Below are positions 37,849-52,320 of a stretch of DNA of 64,000 nucleotides, in pieces. Source of the stretch: Dicyema japonicum (taxonomy: Eukaryota; Animalia; Dicyemida); the NCBI GenBank assembly GCA_011109175.1, contig RDEW01000005.1:1-64000 (forward strand), written 5' to 3'. The position numbers and the translations under genes were made by a program. Numbering within the stretch: position 1 is the stretch's first letter; every line of letters begins with the position of its first letter. A model generated the notes under the pieces. It was not told where the DNA came from. It did no database searches and was given only the letters and a program-made list of their open reading frames with translations.

Positions 37849-38839
37849 TTAATTAAACACTTTATTAGGCAAAAAATTGTAATAGTAAATTTTCGTCATT
37901 TTACCGCCTTGGTAGCGTTTTCGTGACTCCTCTTTCATCTTCCTCTGCCTTCTTTCGTTTATAGTTTGAGGATCTTCTTGATTACCTTCCGGGTTATAAA
38001 ATGGAGTGACGTCGTTCAGGCGGCAGCGCTCTATAAGAGATTCCCAAAGAATACCGTATTGCCCGCCGCCTAACCTTCTAGACATTTCATGAATTGACTG
38101 ATTACAAAAATTGACTGAAACATATATAAATCAGAAAAATCATATCACAGAGAATGTACAAATAAGTTTTATTTCCAAATTCATCAAGTGTCTCGCGATC
38201 GTCTGAAGCCTTCAAAGAAAGGAGGTTATAATTGGAATAAACTTTGCAATCTATAATTATATTAAATCGTTCCCCTATGGATGTAATTGTGCTGGGCAAC
38301 GGGTATGAGGCTCTTTCAAAACGAACTCGAAAAAAGCGACTAGTATATTCACATTAATTCATGATAACCTCTGACGGATTTTTACCTTAATTCTCAACCA
38401 ATTGCTAGGACAATCCCGTCGACCTCTTTACAAACCCATTAACATAAGGCCATGCAGTCGGATAGTTTTTTGTTGTCTGGACTAACCACTTGGTTGATCA
38501 ACCAGACAAGGTCTGTTATCCATCATAAAGACATTTTGTGTAATAGGTATACACACCTCAATCAACCAATAGACTAATTCAGTCTATTAAAGTTATATAC
38601 CAATAAAAGCGACCGGTTTTATGCTTCATGTACCCTCAATAACCTGCCATTAACTATTAAGCTCATTCATCCCGTACTGTTAGCAAGTCGAACCCAAATA
38701 ATTCATTATTTCCTTTTCCAGTCAATAAACCACAATTATAGTGAATCCTCCCAAATCATTTTTGGTTCCTTAAAATTTTTCGAAACGTATTTAATGTAGC
38801 CAATCTCGTATAAACAGAATTTTATAACAAAAAAGTAAG

Positions 38840-40673
38840 TTAAGGCTCTATAAATTTTTTCAGCCATGCACCTCCACACGGACAGCGGAATTCAGCATTA
38901 AACAAACCGAGAAAACATGACCTTTTATTTCAGACGTGAGGTCACAACAACTGCACTTTTTGTAACTCCGAGTCTTCCCATCCTCCTGAGATTCGTCAAT
39001 CGATTCACCACGTCGATTCTTAAATTACGGATATCATAAACCGAAAGAATAACGTTAGAATCAGCATTTTTCGAACTATTAGAAGGTCGGAAAGAAGGAA
39101 TACGAGAAATCTGAAGAAGATTCATTAGGTCCTCTGAAATTTCCAAGTCAGAGATGAGGTCTTCGAGGCTCATAATCGAATTATTAGCCAACGAGGTAAT
39201 CATAGACGAAAGGAGATTACCACAACGTTCAGCCCAGTCAGAGTTGTGCAATAAAGATGGTTGGAATGAATGCTGAGTCTGCCAATTCTTCACATAAACG
39301 AGACAGCTCCTCAGAGTACTCAGAAATCCCACATCTGCGGGGAACATTCCGCCTTCCCCCAAGCCAACAGAGTGCATGTACATTTGCATAAGAAGCAAGC
39401 TAGTCAAATGAGTCGTCCAAACCAGCAGAGGTCGAATTTCGTCGTATTTTTCCACAATGACCCGGCCACCCTACAATAAATCGCGAAATGTTACTTCACT
39501 GCTGTTTGACAGAAGCTCACTACACTTTTCTAATACTTTCTTGACTATATAAACTGAGTCACGTGGGCTAGTGGTGGAGCAAATTTCATATTTTCTGACT
39601 TTATATGACTCATCCATCAAAATCAGATCTCCGCTTTCTGTAAGAGAGGCGGCAACGGAATTATTCTGAAAAATGAGAGTAATGTTAAACAAATTCCATT
39701 TTTCTCAACGAGAACGTTTCTATGTTGAAGACCGTGAATCTGAGACCGCCATCGTAGAGGACTACCAATTTCCGCTGATTCGTGGTCAATATATTCGCCT
39801 GGAGATTCGAATCCACTATAACGGAATGGAAGACTGTCCACGAGTCTCTCTGTGAAGATCTCCTCAGCAAGGTAATCTTCGTGCTGATATCATCAGTGGA
39901 GATTGTAACCAAGGAGATCTCATATTCTTTCCAAAATAACCTGGCCTGAGATAAAAATGACAAAAACATTGACAAATTTTGAATTTGGGTTCTCCGCGAC
40001 ACGTGACATCTGCATCTGGCCATTCGCGTGGCCAAAGATCTAAAGTGACTGAGAAGGCTTAAAATACCACAATTTTGGAGTGAAAATTATTAAAAGTTGG
40101 TTTTTCAGTGTTGAACGTTACAAAATAGATTTCCTGCATTGATTTAAACAAAAGTTGGCAGGCATAGCTGTAGAATACACGTGGCAATTCGATTTTCTTA
40201 AAAACCGCCTTCTCTCCCTCCACATAGTGATGCCCCACTTTAATCACGAGAATCTGGAATGAGCAGACTCACGTGGAACCGCAAATCTCACAGCCAGACA
40301 AACTACAAAGTTCTCGGATTTTAGGTAGTCCGCAACTATGGCGTTTCCGTGGTGTTTGTAGCAGCAACAGCAGTGCCATTCGTTGAGAAATCCTTCCTTT
40401 AAAATCATAGAAAATAGTACAGGGGACCGCCAAAGACTGATAGCCGTTTCCGTGAGAATCACAAGACCATGCTTTGGCCATAAAAGTTGGAGGACGGGAT
40501 CAGAGAAACCAGATACTAAGTACAATTGATCAATTCCGGGAGAGCATGTGTAAACTCTGGAACCGTTGGTGGTGTTTCTGAATTTTAAGAAACTCTTACA
40601 TAGACAGACAAGCATCATTGTGGTAAGAAGAGCATAATTTTACGGACACAACAGTGGCTGAGGGATTACCCAT
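38840..40673 (-). CDS. MED16: Mediator complex subunit 16, divergent
   Basis: N-terminal beta-propeller-like region; IRPLLVWTTHLTSLLL..FLSTLRSCLVYVKNW resembles the MED16 helical region; C-terminal KKCSCC..CPCGGAW zinc motif; tiny introns; frameshifts near the 3' end. Confidence 0.75.
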
Positions 40674-40899
40674 TATATAATTATATTTTGAATTTAATTT
40701 TATTTTGTTAAAGTTTTGAATTTATTTAATCTGAATTTAACATATTGTTGTCTGGTTTAATTGATTTTCTTATTTATAACTTTGATATTCCTCAAAATAA
40801 TTAATAAATAATGTTCCTTAAAAGACTAGATTACCTGAAACCTGTCAACCTGACCAAATTTGGAACAGAATTATCGAATTAGAAGTACAACCTCTAGTT

Positions 40900-42520
40900 T
40901 ACGAAAGGTCCTCTCCAGACCCACAACCAGCATTCCATATGATAATAAAATTCAAGATTTGTCAAGAATACAAAATAACCTATGACATTAAAACGAAAAT
41001 GCTAAATGCAACCTTGAAAAAGAAGAGTTAAAGTAAAGGTAATACAGAGGAATTTAAAGAAGAGTGAAAGAACTTCACGAGCTGAATCCCAATAACATTT
41101 CAAGTTAGCTCCTCCCAGACAAGAAACACAATAAATCAAGTATATCTATAAATATTAAAGTAACGGACAGATTTTTAAAATACCTAACAAAATTAAAATA
41201 AATTGATAACTATATTGCTTCTCATTTCAAAAATAAATTTCACAACGAGGACCACCAAATTAACCAATTTACTTTCAACCCCAGGTCTCTAAATGTCCCA
41301 GTTATATTCGAAGATGTTCTGAACGCAATCAACAAGCTAAAAATAACAATATCCATGGAATAAACGGAAAACTCATAAAATGTTTCCGAATTATTAACTT
41401 AAAAATTGTCAACATTTATAACAAACTGTTTGACCAAAAACGGGAAAAATCGGCTCTGTCGAAAATCTTTTTCCAATCATATTACTGAGCTCAATAATGA
41501 AGATTTTCTCAAATGTTGTGCTTAAAAGAATAAGTCAGGTGGTGGAAGCTAATCAAACGGATATTCATTAGCATACTCAAAAAATACTGGACGAAGATTC
41601 CATAAGGATGATACGAGTCCTGTTAGAGACACAGATCTTTGACTCCAAGTCGTCCCTGAACGGGTTGAAAATTACCACAGGAGATTTCTTATCTCCAATT
41701 TTATTCTCTATCTACCTTGAAGCAACACTACGTGGGCTACGCACAAAAATTTGATCATTTGACATAACAGAACTTATGCCGACGACATAGACTATGTTTC
41801 CGAAAAGATGGGAGATATACAAAATATCCTACTGTGCACCCGAAATATTCGATAATTGGTCGTTGAAAATGAATATCATGAAAAGATAGGCCTAGTCAGC
41901 TGAAGAAACATGGAGAAGAGTGAGAAGGTTAGAGTCTCTACTAGAAGACTGGAAGACATTAAAAGGATGAAAACTTTAACATCAATGGCACTAAAGAAAA
42001 TACAGTCCAGATGGATGAGTAACCCCCATGTATTATTCAAGACAAAATCCCGGTTTTATAACGGATTTGTCCTGAGTGTGTTTCTGTACAATTCTAGAAC
42101 ATGGGGCAATCAGTCACATTGGGAAACAATAAACTCCTACCACAGAAATCAACTACGGTCGCTGATGAAAATCAGGTTTCCACAAAAATTTGTAATAAAG
42201 AGCTGTACTGAATGTGCAATTCACAGTCGATCGTATTAACGATCAAAAGGGAGAGGTGGAAGCTATTTGGAAATCCTAAGAATGAACTAAGCAGTTCTGG
42301 CAAACATTGCTATGGAAGTTACTTTCAAAGCAGTTGTGGATACCGTGGACGTCCACGCTACTCTCTCCCTGTTTCAATTCAAGAAGATCTTGTGACTGTA
42401 AAAAAGAAACTCGAAAATGCAGACGACCTAGATGCACATCGAAGGAGAGCGTGGAGGATCTAACATGGAAGATTGTCCACACTGTTGCAGAAGCGACGAG
42501 ATAACTTTCTTTTAGTTGAG
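40900..42520 (+). mobile_element. Decayed RTE LINE
   Basis: GDFLSPILF..YLEA, YADDID, RWKLFG, YRGRPRYSLP. Confidence 0.8.
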
Positions 42521-42914
42521 TTTTGCAAAAATAATAATAAAATACTACGGAGACCCAGAGACGCTCTTCTTTATTACAACTAGCTATACTGGATCTCTGT
42601 GAGCGACTCATTGACGTAACTCGTTTTCTTTAGCTGCTGGCTTCTTAAATAATTTGATTTCTTAGAGTGTTTCCACAACTAAAAGAGATGGATGTTTTTT
42701 TCCTTTTTTTCTGGTTATGGATGTACTGCTGAGAGACCTTGTCTCTGCGTCTGTGTGCGAATTGAGTACACCTAATTATTCATTAACTCATTTATTAATG
42801 GGGTAATATAAATTGATTTAGTAGTTTATAACTAATTTATTATTAAATAATCAATTTACATAGTTAAATTGACTGAATCCACTAATAGTAAATTTAATTG
42901 TCTCTGAAGCTTTA

Positions 42915-43229
42915 AATAGCCGCGTGGCGCCATGTGGTGCTTCGTGGCTAATTGGTTGAAGTTTCTGTTTTGTTCGTCTGTTCCTCCTCTTTCTTCCTAT
43001 TAGAGTGGCGTCATGTGATCTACCTGTCTAGGTGGCGCCCAGTGCCAGCCCGGCACGAGAAAGGATCATTTGCTCTCCCCCACTCCATGGGAGGGGTTTC
43101 CACAACTGCAACTATGGACGTCTTTTACCACTTATGCTGATTCCGGATGGACTCTGTTTCTGTAGAAGTGGAAACTGGATACACTTAATTAGTTGTTTAC
43201 CTTAACTTCTTTCTCGGTGTATCCGGGGT
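42915..43229 (+). mobile_element. SINE family B, full length
   Basis: A-box-like TGGCGCCATGTGG; B-box-like GGTTGAAGT (GGTTCAAGT in the 50210 copy); 3' hairpin CTGGATACAC/GTGTATCCGG; possible TSD GTCTCTGA. Confidence 0.85.
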
Positions 43230-43654
43230 CTCTGAGATAAGCCAGTCTTGAATGAAATGTTTATTAATCATTAGGTATAGAATTAAGGTTTTCATTTCTT
43301 TTAAAACATGATTCCTTGTTAGTGGTTTTTAATACAAACTATGGAATTATTACACCAATCAAAATATCATTGCTTCTTGGCTTGATTATTATAGGGGAGT
43401 TTCCTTGTCAAGGCGTAATATGAGTATTTGGGCTTCCGCCTAAATTCAACAATATCCAGGCCCAAGTATTCTCCATATAATACACTGCACTTTATTTTGG
43501 TTGGATATGTCACTCAATGAATTTTTATTGGTCGATTTCGTGGAAGGATTCTAGCATTCAGCCCTTGGTGGACATCTCCCATCTAGACATAAGTTGATTG
43601 TAAATTTTTTTTCACAAATTTGTTTCTGTAGGTTTTAGTTAAAAAAATTAAATA

Positions 43655-43892
43655 AAAATTATTTCCAAAGACCAAGGGTAACCAAACTAACTAACTTCTC
43701 AATCCTGACTCGTTCCATCATTCCAGAACTTGTCACCAAATAACGACGTTGTCCCCGGGAAGAATTGTTGGATTCTCTTGATGTCGGCCAGGCATTGGGC
43801 GCCTCCTCAGTAAGGTGGATCCAGTGACGCCATTGGAAGGAAGGAAAATAATTTTGACAAACTATCCACGTAGCATTACATGGCGGCACGCG
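43655..43892 (-). mobile_element. SINE family C
   Basis: Inverted copy of 15134-15377. Confidence 0.85.
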
Positions 43893-45514
43893 ATATCTAG
43901 TGTGTTTGGATTTACTACGTGCCAATCTACACATAAGACTGATAACAGACATTATAGTGGCTTGAGAATATTCAAGTGTTATTTTAATTAACATATACAA
44001 AGCTTTAATGGTCCTCAATGACATGATCTACGTTGCCTCTCTCGATAGCAACGGAGATCAACTGGAAAAGTCACTGGTTCACACACTTCGTGGCTTTCAA
44101 GCGCAGACAGATGTCCCAGGAAATGAAGTGATTCCCCGCTTATTCCCCAATTGTCTCAACCATGACGGCCAAGAATGTGAACCTGTCAAAAAATAAAATT
44201 AATTTTATAAATTATTGATTGGAAGATAATTTTGTTTGTTATTTAAGGATCATATTTTCTATTGCATTTCACTATCTGAGATATTCAATCTGAAATATTA
44301 GTGAATTCCATTAGTTTGAGTAACCACATTAATTATTTTTTAACACAATCCTTCTTTTAGTTTCATGTGATTTAATTATTACGTCATAACACTACGTTGG
44401 TCGAGAGGGTGATACGTGAAATTGAAGAGGTGAGGTATGTCTCACAGTGACAACTCGGGGACATTCGTGACCCGAACTTTTTGACTGAGGAAACGCCGAA
44501 TCATCTAGGTCCTGGAAAGGATAATCCGTCAGAAGACCCAAATGAAACAATTCAGTTAAGACTTGAAAGCTTTGATCGCTCAAAGAGGCACTCTTAATCG
44601 TTCAAGAACAATCCGCGTGTCTGTCAAATATTCTTCGACAACTTCAAGAACCCTCAATGTTTTTTATATAATTATCATATGATAATCAATATTTCAGTTT
44701 CGCAAACGTCTTCCTTTATGACACATCAGTGGGAGAATAGTCTTTACGGAGATGACAAGTTGGAGAAACTCCAATTTTATAAGCCTCTTTAAAATCCAAT
44801 CTGTGAAATTTCAATGACCTCCAATTGAATTAATTTAAATGGCTTTTTAATTATCTTAGAATTATTCAATTGATCGACAAAGATAAGACGATGAGTACCA
44901 CAAAACATAATTGATTTAATTAAATTAGTTTCATTGCAATTTGGAGGAATAAATCTCTGCACAATAATTATTATTATCTTTTATTTATTTTATTTTTTTT
45001 ATTTTATTTATTTAATAAACCCGAGAAGGGAACATCAAGAAAAAAGGAGTTAACCAACTAATTAAGTGATCACGGTACACCTCAAAAGAATCGAGAGGTT
45101 TTTCTTATGTTCCTCCAGAGTACCCACGGCTTTCCTGTATCGACGACGATCACCCTTCATTCAAAATTCAAGAAAGGTGGTTTTTTTCTCGATTTACGTG
45201 TATTTGAGACTATAACGTTCTTCACATGTTGAGAAAATGTCATCAAATGGTTGAAAGTCCTTCTCAAAATAGTTGGACGAATCTGTAAAGGTAAAGAGTC
45301 TCCATATATGATCAATTATCTTTTATGCTATTTAGAAATAATATAATATTTATCTTGAATATAATTAATATTTATTTAATAAAATTTTTATTTTTTAGAG
45401 TGGCTAACCACAATTTATAATAAAATAATTAAGCAATTTGATATTTGATTGCCATAACACTCTTATCTGTGACACTTCATATTTCGATTTTAAGTCAGAT
45501 TTCACAATAGTATT

Positions 45515-47576
45515 ATGTTACTGGAAATTTATGTACTCATTTTAACTGTCAGATCATCTTGCCCGAAATATTCACTTTCTATAAATCCGACTCGATTTAT
45601 TGAGTCAGTAAATCTCATGACATTTTACCACGACAACCAGTTCGAGAAATATCGTTGGCCCCACAATATTAGTTGTCTCATGTGTGGACGAATTAACAAC
45701 TTCAGCGTTTATTGTTTGTTTACTTTAGTGGTATCAAATGGTACAATACAGTTCCCAACACTTATACTGATAATAATAAGTCATACATCCAGGTAACTCA
45801 ACTATCAGCAAACTATATACTTCGAGAAAGACCCACTTGTCAATTGACTACAAACAATCATGTATGTATGTATGGCCATACCTACCCTTTATACATACCA
45901 CGTGAGTTTGTTGTGATCATTTCTGTAGGAATTAGTATTCTGCATGGAAAGTACGAAAAACTGGACGCTTGTGTAGGACAGGGATTCGCCGTTAAAATAA
46001 TTGACTTCTCCAGAGAGACTAAGCCTTTTGTCCCTTACATATTTGATGACACTATTTGCCGTCCCTCGGGAGTTTCTTTAGTCTACGGTAAATTTAAGAT
46101 TCATGGTAGACACTATGCTCGTCGACTCTGTCAGTCCTAATCTTCTTCAAGTGAGCTGCAAGATTGGCCATATATCTTTGACCCATACCCTCAATCTTGT
46201 ACCATGTAAGGGTTCGGTTATTTCAGCATCTCCAAACTGTGTTGGGTCTCCGCAGCGTATTCTGTTTCCTCGGAATAACTCTGAGTTGTATAACGGAAAT
46301 AACAAGGATGGTTTTCAAGATTTGACTAAACTCTGCTTCCCTTCCAAGTTTGTCATATTAATAATGTTGTGATGCTGTTCTCCGTGACTCGGTGGGTCGC
46401 AAGATTAGATCAATTGAAAGAGTTCTAGGAAAGAGGAGATATTCCTGCGAAATTATGAACGATTACTACAGTAGGATTTTCTTTGACGTTATTACTCCAA
46501 GTAAACTAGGATTGTAAACCCCAGCAATCCCCAATATAACAAAACCTCTGGAAGACTGTCAGAGATGCGATAACAAGTGCGTTTTCTCTTTCGACTACAA
46601 TCCCGGCATGTATGCTGGTCCTGTGGAGATCGAATGGTTCTTCAATGGAGAAAATTTAGAGGGTTATGTCCTTTGTTTACATTAGACACGTTTTTGGCCA
46701 CAATCAGCGAAGATAGGAAGACAGCCACTATGGATATCTCTCCTGGCACCGCCGGGAATATTCAAGTCATCTTCAAAAGCCGTTATGGAACTCACATGAC
46801 GAGTGCTTTCACGCAATATACGAGTTTTATTTGTGACTCTATTCGTAGGATTTCCGTCATTTGTTACAAATTTCCCCAAATATTACATCAACAGCTCAAA
46901 TAAGGTGTTCAGTGCCAGTGTTGATTTTTCCGGCGTGGATGTGGTGAAAATGTGGTTTAAGGCAAACGGGAAACCACTAAATTCTTCTAACCCCAACGCT
47001 AAGACTTCAGTGGATTTGATCACTCATAATTTGTTGGCGTAATCCTCATTTCGTAGTACGATAGAAGTTGATAATACTCGTGCAAGTACTCCCATTGATT
47101 CCTTCAGTGCCGTCTTCCAGGCAGGCTCCTGTGTTGTGGAGAGTGTTACCTGCTCGATTTCCACGTCAGGTAGGATTTTGGCTTGATTTTTCAGAAAAAA
47201 TTCGTTCCACTGTGAGTTTGATGATCCCCGTTTTGGGAATATTAGGAGCTGCTGTGTTACTCGCTATAATCTTAATCCCAATCTGTGTTGTCTACAGAAA
47301 TCGTAATTCTCGAGCTTATCGATGTTTGTCCACGTGTTATAACTTAGTGGCCATGGTTGAAAGACAGTGTGGACTAAACCCCGACAAGGACTTTAAGACC
47401 CTCAGCGAGTTTGGTGAGAACTCCCGAAGGAATCCTCGGTCTGAGTTATAACTCATGTTTAGTACCCAACCCTTTTCTATTCTCCCTCTGCTCCCGGCTC
47501 CAATGAAGGAAGTTGGGCTCCGTTAAATAATATGCCGGATGTTAAAGAACAAGTGTCGTTTGTTAACGAATATTAG
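45515..47576 (+). CDS. Orphan multi-exon type I membrane protein
   Basis: Hydrophobic N-terminus; chain of short ORFs separated by GT-AG mini-introns; Cys-containing ectodomain; TM IPVLGILGAAVLLAIILIPICVVY followed by RNRNSR; AT-rich upstream region. Confidence 0.7.
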
Positions 47577-50209
47577 AAGGACTTATCTTTTAATTAGTTT
47601 ATTAGTTCGTTTGATTATATAATTACTCTCATTTTGCTAGTTTATTGATTATTGCATGCTGACAGACACAATTATTGATTATATTAAATTGTGCTTATCT
47701 CAGCATGTGCCACCTGGTTGTTGTCCACTGACTATTCATAAATATTCACTGGTTTTAAACTTTGAACGGGTTTAAGGACTTAGTTATACCCCCACTAACC
47801 AGAACAAGGTTGTCGGTCTTCAGAGAATCTTTAATAAGGGAGAGAGAAAGCTAGTGAATAGTCAGTGAGATAGGGTAACTCTCGTGATAGTTCAGTGGTC
47901 CACGAGTTTGAAATATTATGAGGGACAGTCCAAGTGATATCAAGTGAACAATTCAGACTGACAGATTAATGGTTAATTAAACATTTAATGAATCAATCTC
48001 TGTGACGTCTAATTCACTATTTTTCCTGATTGTAACTAATAATAGCTATTTTACATTTAATTGATTTCTTTGATCCCACTTTAATTAGTCTATAATGATA
48101 TTGTAATCCAAAATAAATATCTCAAATTTATTGAATCTACTTACTAATAATCATACGAAGAGTAACTATAGGTCTCATATATAGGTTCAAGAGTCTTTCC
48201 TGAACTTTAGGTGTGCTTTATCTTCCTCACATTTTCAAACATGTGAAATCGGTTATGATCGACCAGAAACCCCTCTTCGTTCCTTTAATTTTCTCCTCAC
48301 AGTTCCTTGCGCATTATTAGTATTGAATAATTTATTTTTAATGTGTAACCACTATTATTAGTATTAAATAATTTATTTTTAATGTGTGTCTCCAAATACC
48401 ACATTTATTGTGAAAAATAAATTTGATCACAATTAACCAGTACTAAGCTCAATATAGTAGAGTCCAATGCAACGTCATAATAAAGAATAATAGTACAACA
48501 AAATCGATATAATATTAGTAGAAATTCTGACTTCCAAGACTCTACATGAAGTTATATTTATTCATAAATTATGTATTCTTTATGCAATGAGAGTTGGCAG
48601 AAATGGAAGAGAAGACACGTGAGAAATAGTATTCAGTCTGAATAATTTTAGATAATAAAGCCTGTATTAAGTTCTTAGTACTACTTTATAAATTTCACGG
48701 TTGGTGGAATTACAATATTTTTGTTTGAGAAGAGGAAACCAATAGGCTTCTCGGCCGGTTCAGTACGAGTGCTGTCGAAATAACCGGAGTGATATGAAGG
48801 AAGTCTTTGTCCATCTTCAAGAACCTGGTACGTCCGGGCATCGGAGAAACCCAGTGGCTTTCCTAATTGATTACGATTACAAACTTGCACTTGTGCCTTA
48901 ATAATCATCCCTCGAGAATTTTGATAAAATTTTCGATGATGGTTAATATTTTTTCGACATTTGGCAGCACTTAGTTTCAGAATGACGTCACAAAGTAGTT
49001 TCAAATATCCTATAAGACATTTGTGATAACCACTGATGACATTGAATTAGGTAATTTGATAAATTGGTCGACACACGTGTCACAAGACTTCAATATAATT
49101 GAAATATCCCTAAAAACCAGTCTACGTGTGTCTTCAATGACAAATTTGAGAAATCTTAAGAAGTTCATAAAATGCGAAGTAGACCGAGCATGAATTTTGT
49201 AATTAAAAAAACACATTTATTTAATGAAAAAAACTTCTTTTTTTAGTAAAACTGTTAACAGTTAATAATTACTGGCTGCTCTTATAATTGAGAACGCATT
49301 TCCCCTGACGATTTGCAAGGAAATCCAAAAACTAACAGTTAAGAATTTACGGCAACCATTAAAATAGCAGAGACTGCTAGCAACCTAGAAAAGTGTACAT
49401 CGTATTTAGACAATCGAAATCTAACATGAATTGGGGGTTAACAACACCCATCCACTTGAGTATCTGAAAGACTACCCAATAATATCCGAAGGAAGAATGT
49501 TTATGTAAATTATGTAGGAACCCTGATGAAACAATATATGGATTTCACACTTTTCCTAAAACTGAGGGCATTGACTATTTGGTAAGCTTTTGTAGTGATA
49601 ATTTACTTTGTACTCCAAGCATATCTTAGTTTTTATTATATATACCCACGTGGTTGTTATTTATCCATTGAAAATTATCTCAGGTAGTCCTGAGTATAAT
49701 TATTATGAATTAGCATGACTGATAGGCTATCTGTAGAAAAACAATAATCAGTACTAATTAATCTAATAACCTCGATTTATGTGATTCTATTGCGAAGATA
49801 CCTAGAAATGGGTGAATAAATAAATCAAAATTTTTAGTAAGTAGTAAAGTTAGGTTAAAGTTGAGGGACAGTTGAAATATCATGGATCTAGCTTCTAAAG
49901 ACCTATACTCTTCGCTGAGATCCCTCCCAATCCGATTAATCCGCAGTAAACTCAACGTACAAAAGGTCAACACAATTTCTAAAGTCTCAAAGTGACGTTA
50001 TTTAATTTCGGTCAATCTTCATTTCTTTTTTTGATAGCACAAGGTTAGATAACATGTAAAAGCTGGCGGCCATCATGGGACGCATCCGATACAGGTCGAG
50101 CCCAGAAATCCTTTACTTTCACTTCGATTCCCGGTGGACAAGGCAAGCAAAAAGATCTCGAATTTCTCTTTCACCATGAGATAGACTGTATCTAGACTGC
50201 GGATTATTT

Positions 50210-50530
50210 AATAGCCGCATGGAACCATGTGGTGCTTCGTGGCTAATTGGTTCAAGTTTCTATTTGATCTTCTGTTCTTCTTCTCTCTTCCTATTAGAGT
50301 GGCGTCATGTGATCCACCTGTTTTGGTGGCGCCCAATGCCAGGCCGGCACGAAAAAAATCATTTACTCTCCCCCACTCCATTGGAGGGGTTTCCACAACT
50401 GCAAGTATGGACGTCTTTTACCGTTTATGCTGATTCCGGATGGACTCTGATTCTGTAGAAGTGGAAACTGGATACACTTAATTAGTTGTTTACTTTAACT
50501 TCTTTCTCGGTGTATCCGGGGTTAATAAAT
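50210..50530 (+). mobile_element. SINE family B, full length
   Basis: Near-identical to 42915-43229. Confidence 0.85.
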
Positions 50531-50729
50531 GATAAATAACAATAAAATAGGCGAACGAGTTCTATTCTGAATACTCTCGGGAACAACAATTTTAAAGATC
50601 AGGACATCCGTACCCCAATTGTCTTCAAGAGCCTAGGGTAAGCACATACACTATGACCAGTGTTTCTCAATCTTTTTTGTATCGCTCTGTCAATAATTTA
50701 TCGTCTTTGCAGAATAACTATCAATTAAT

Positions 50730-51165
50730 TGTTTTTATTAAAGAATAAATAAATGGTTAAATAGCGACTGCGTGGCTTTTCCTTCTCAAGATGGCTAGCG
50801 AGATTAGCTCAAATAACCAGTAGCGCTCACGGGCATCTCCAGATTGTGCAGAAATCCGATTTCCTAGACGACTTAAGAAAGTAGGCGCAAAGAAACCAGA
50901 CGTCTCAACAGCGAATGAAACAAACAAAAAAATCCTTGGTGTACTTTGCTCGATTTAACCTCTCGGCCTTCTCAGTGGCAGAACAGGGTCCAGAGAATTC
51001 TAATGTAAGTTGCTAGGGGCAAATGTGTCGGTGCAGGTGTCGTCACATACAGGAGGTATCCAGTCATGTTTGCAAAGGTTAACTGGTTCGAGCATAGAAG
51101 GGCAGCATCCAAAGCTCGCCTAACGACTTCGTTCAAGGCCATGTGTCTGCCTGCACTCTTCCTTT
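50730..51165 (-). mobile_element. CRE-like 3' fragment next to a hAT-type end (CAGTGTTTCTCAA at 50659)
   Basis: Minus-strand RHMALNEVV, AVETSG, ERYWLFELISLAILRR. Confidence 0.75.
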
Positions 51166-51373
51166 ACTAATAAAGTTATTTTTATTCTTTTGTCATAGTT
51201 TTCCTTTAGATTTTCAACAAAATTAAATATATTTCATAGTGATTGAGGATACTTACGTTTTTCGTGTTCTAATGAGATGATTTTATCGTTTCGTTAGAAA
51301 AATCGACGCCATATTACAAACACAAGGACTTAAATGGATCCTTTGGATTTTGGATAAAACCAAAAAATAAATA

Positions 51374-52320
51374 CAGTAAATTTTCTAGAATCCGTCACAT
51401 TTTTCTAGGAAAAGTGATAATTTTTATTTTATCGAGAAAAGATAATTTTTTAAGTCCTTTCGAATCCACCATTTATCAAATCTGTCATCTCTTGAATCCG
51501 TCGTTCAATAGACCAATTTTATCAGACAAAATCCTCGAATCCGGCACAATTTAATAAAATAATGTTTATTCTAATTTTTTATTGGAACAAAGTACGTTTG
51601 AAATTTAAAAAATCAATTATAAAATTATTCACTCAAATGACAAAATATCCACTTCTCGAGTGTCAGAATTCTTTTAGAGTCATTAAAAGCCAATTAAAAT
51701 CGCAATTTTACTAGACTCTTTTGCCGACGGGGAATCAACACATTCATAAATAAAAATGATTTCAAACTCATATTTTTGATAGAATTTATCACATCTATAC
51801 TCACACAGCTTTTATTTTCATTCGAATTTCCACCTCGCCTCATGACTCATCTTCTCACTACGGAAAGCACCATGCTTCATGAACTCAGGCATCATGAGGA
51901 CTACCGGACAAACTTCGAAGAAATCCGTGAATTTATATTGAACATATTAATGCTGAATGACTTTTGATGCAAAAGGACTTTATGATCCCTTCTGCCGAAG
52001 AAGCGTTGAAAAGAGTTTGAGACACAAAACAATTAACGAACGCATAGCGAAAGGACTCGAGGTTGTTGGATTCCCTGTGCAAGTGGAGCCTCTAAGCGAA
52101 CAAAAAACCTGACGGGATGATTTATTCCCTCGGAAGACAGTTTTTCCTCAGACCTATCACGGTTGAAACCTCTATGCTAATTAACGCAATCTCCTTCGCT
52201 CTCTCACAGAATATTGGATCGTTAATCCAGTCGTGAAAAGATGGCTAATAGAGCGCGTCTCAATACTAATTATTCAAGGAAATGTGCTCTCAATCATTAG
52301 AGGGCTACCACATAATAAAT
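51374..52320 (+). mobile_element. pogo-type terminus followed by a decayed CRE-like fragment
   Basis: TA+CAGTAAATTTTCTAGAATCCG with GAATCC subterminal repeats; CRE motifs KKPDGM and WLIERVSILIIQGN at about 51960-52300. Confidence 0.6.

Noticed and set aside
48313-48388. Short local duplications (also 4833-4888, 53060-53290, 58399-58473)
   Set aside because: Two-copy slippage-type duplications with no further structure
49240-49345. Hammerhead ribozyme candidate CCCCTGACGA...
   Set aside because: No properly placed GAAA core or NUH cleavage triplet with supporting stems
50060-50150. 5S rRNA-like or tRNA-like sequence (CGGCCAT..TCCGAT, TTCGATTCCCGG)
   Set aside because: Only short scattered matches, single copy, no coherent fold
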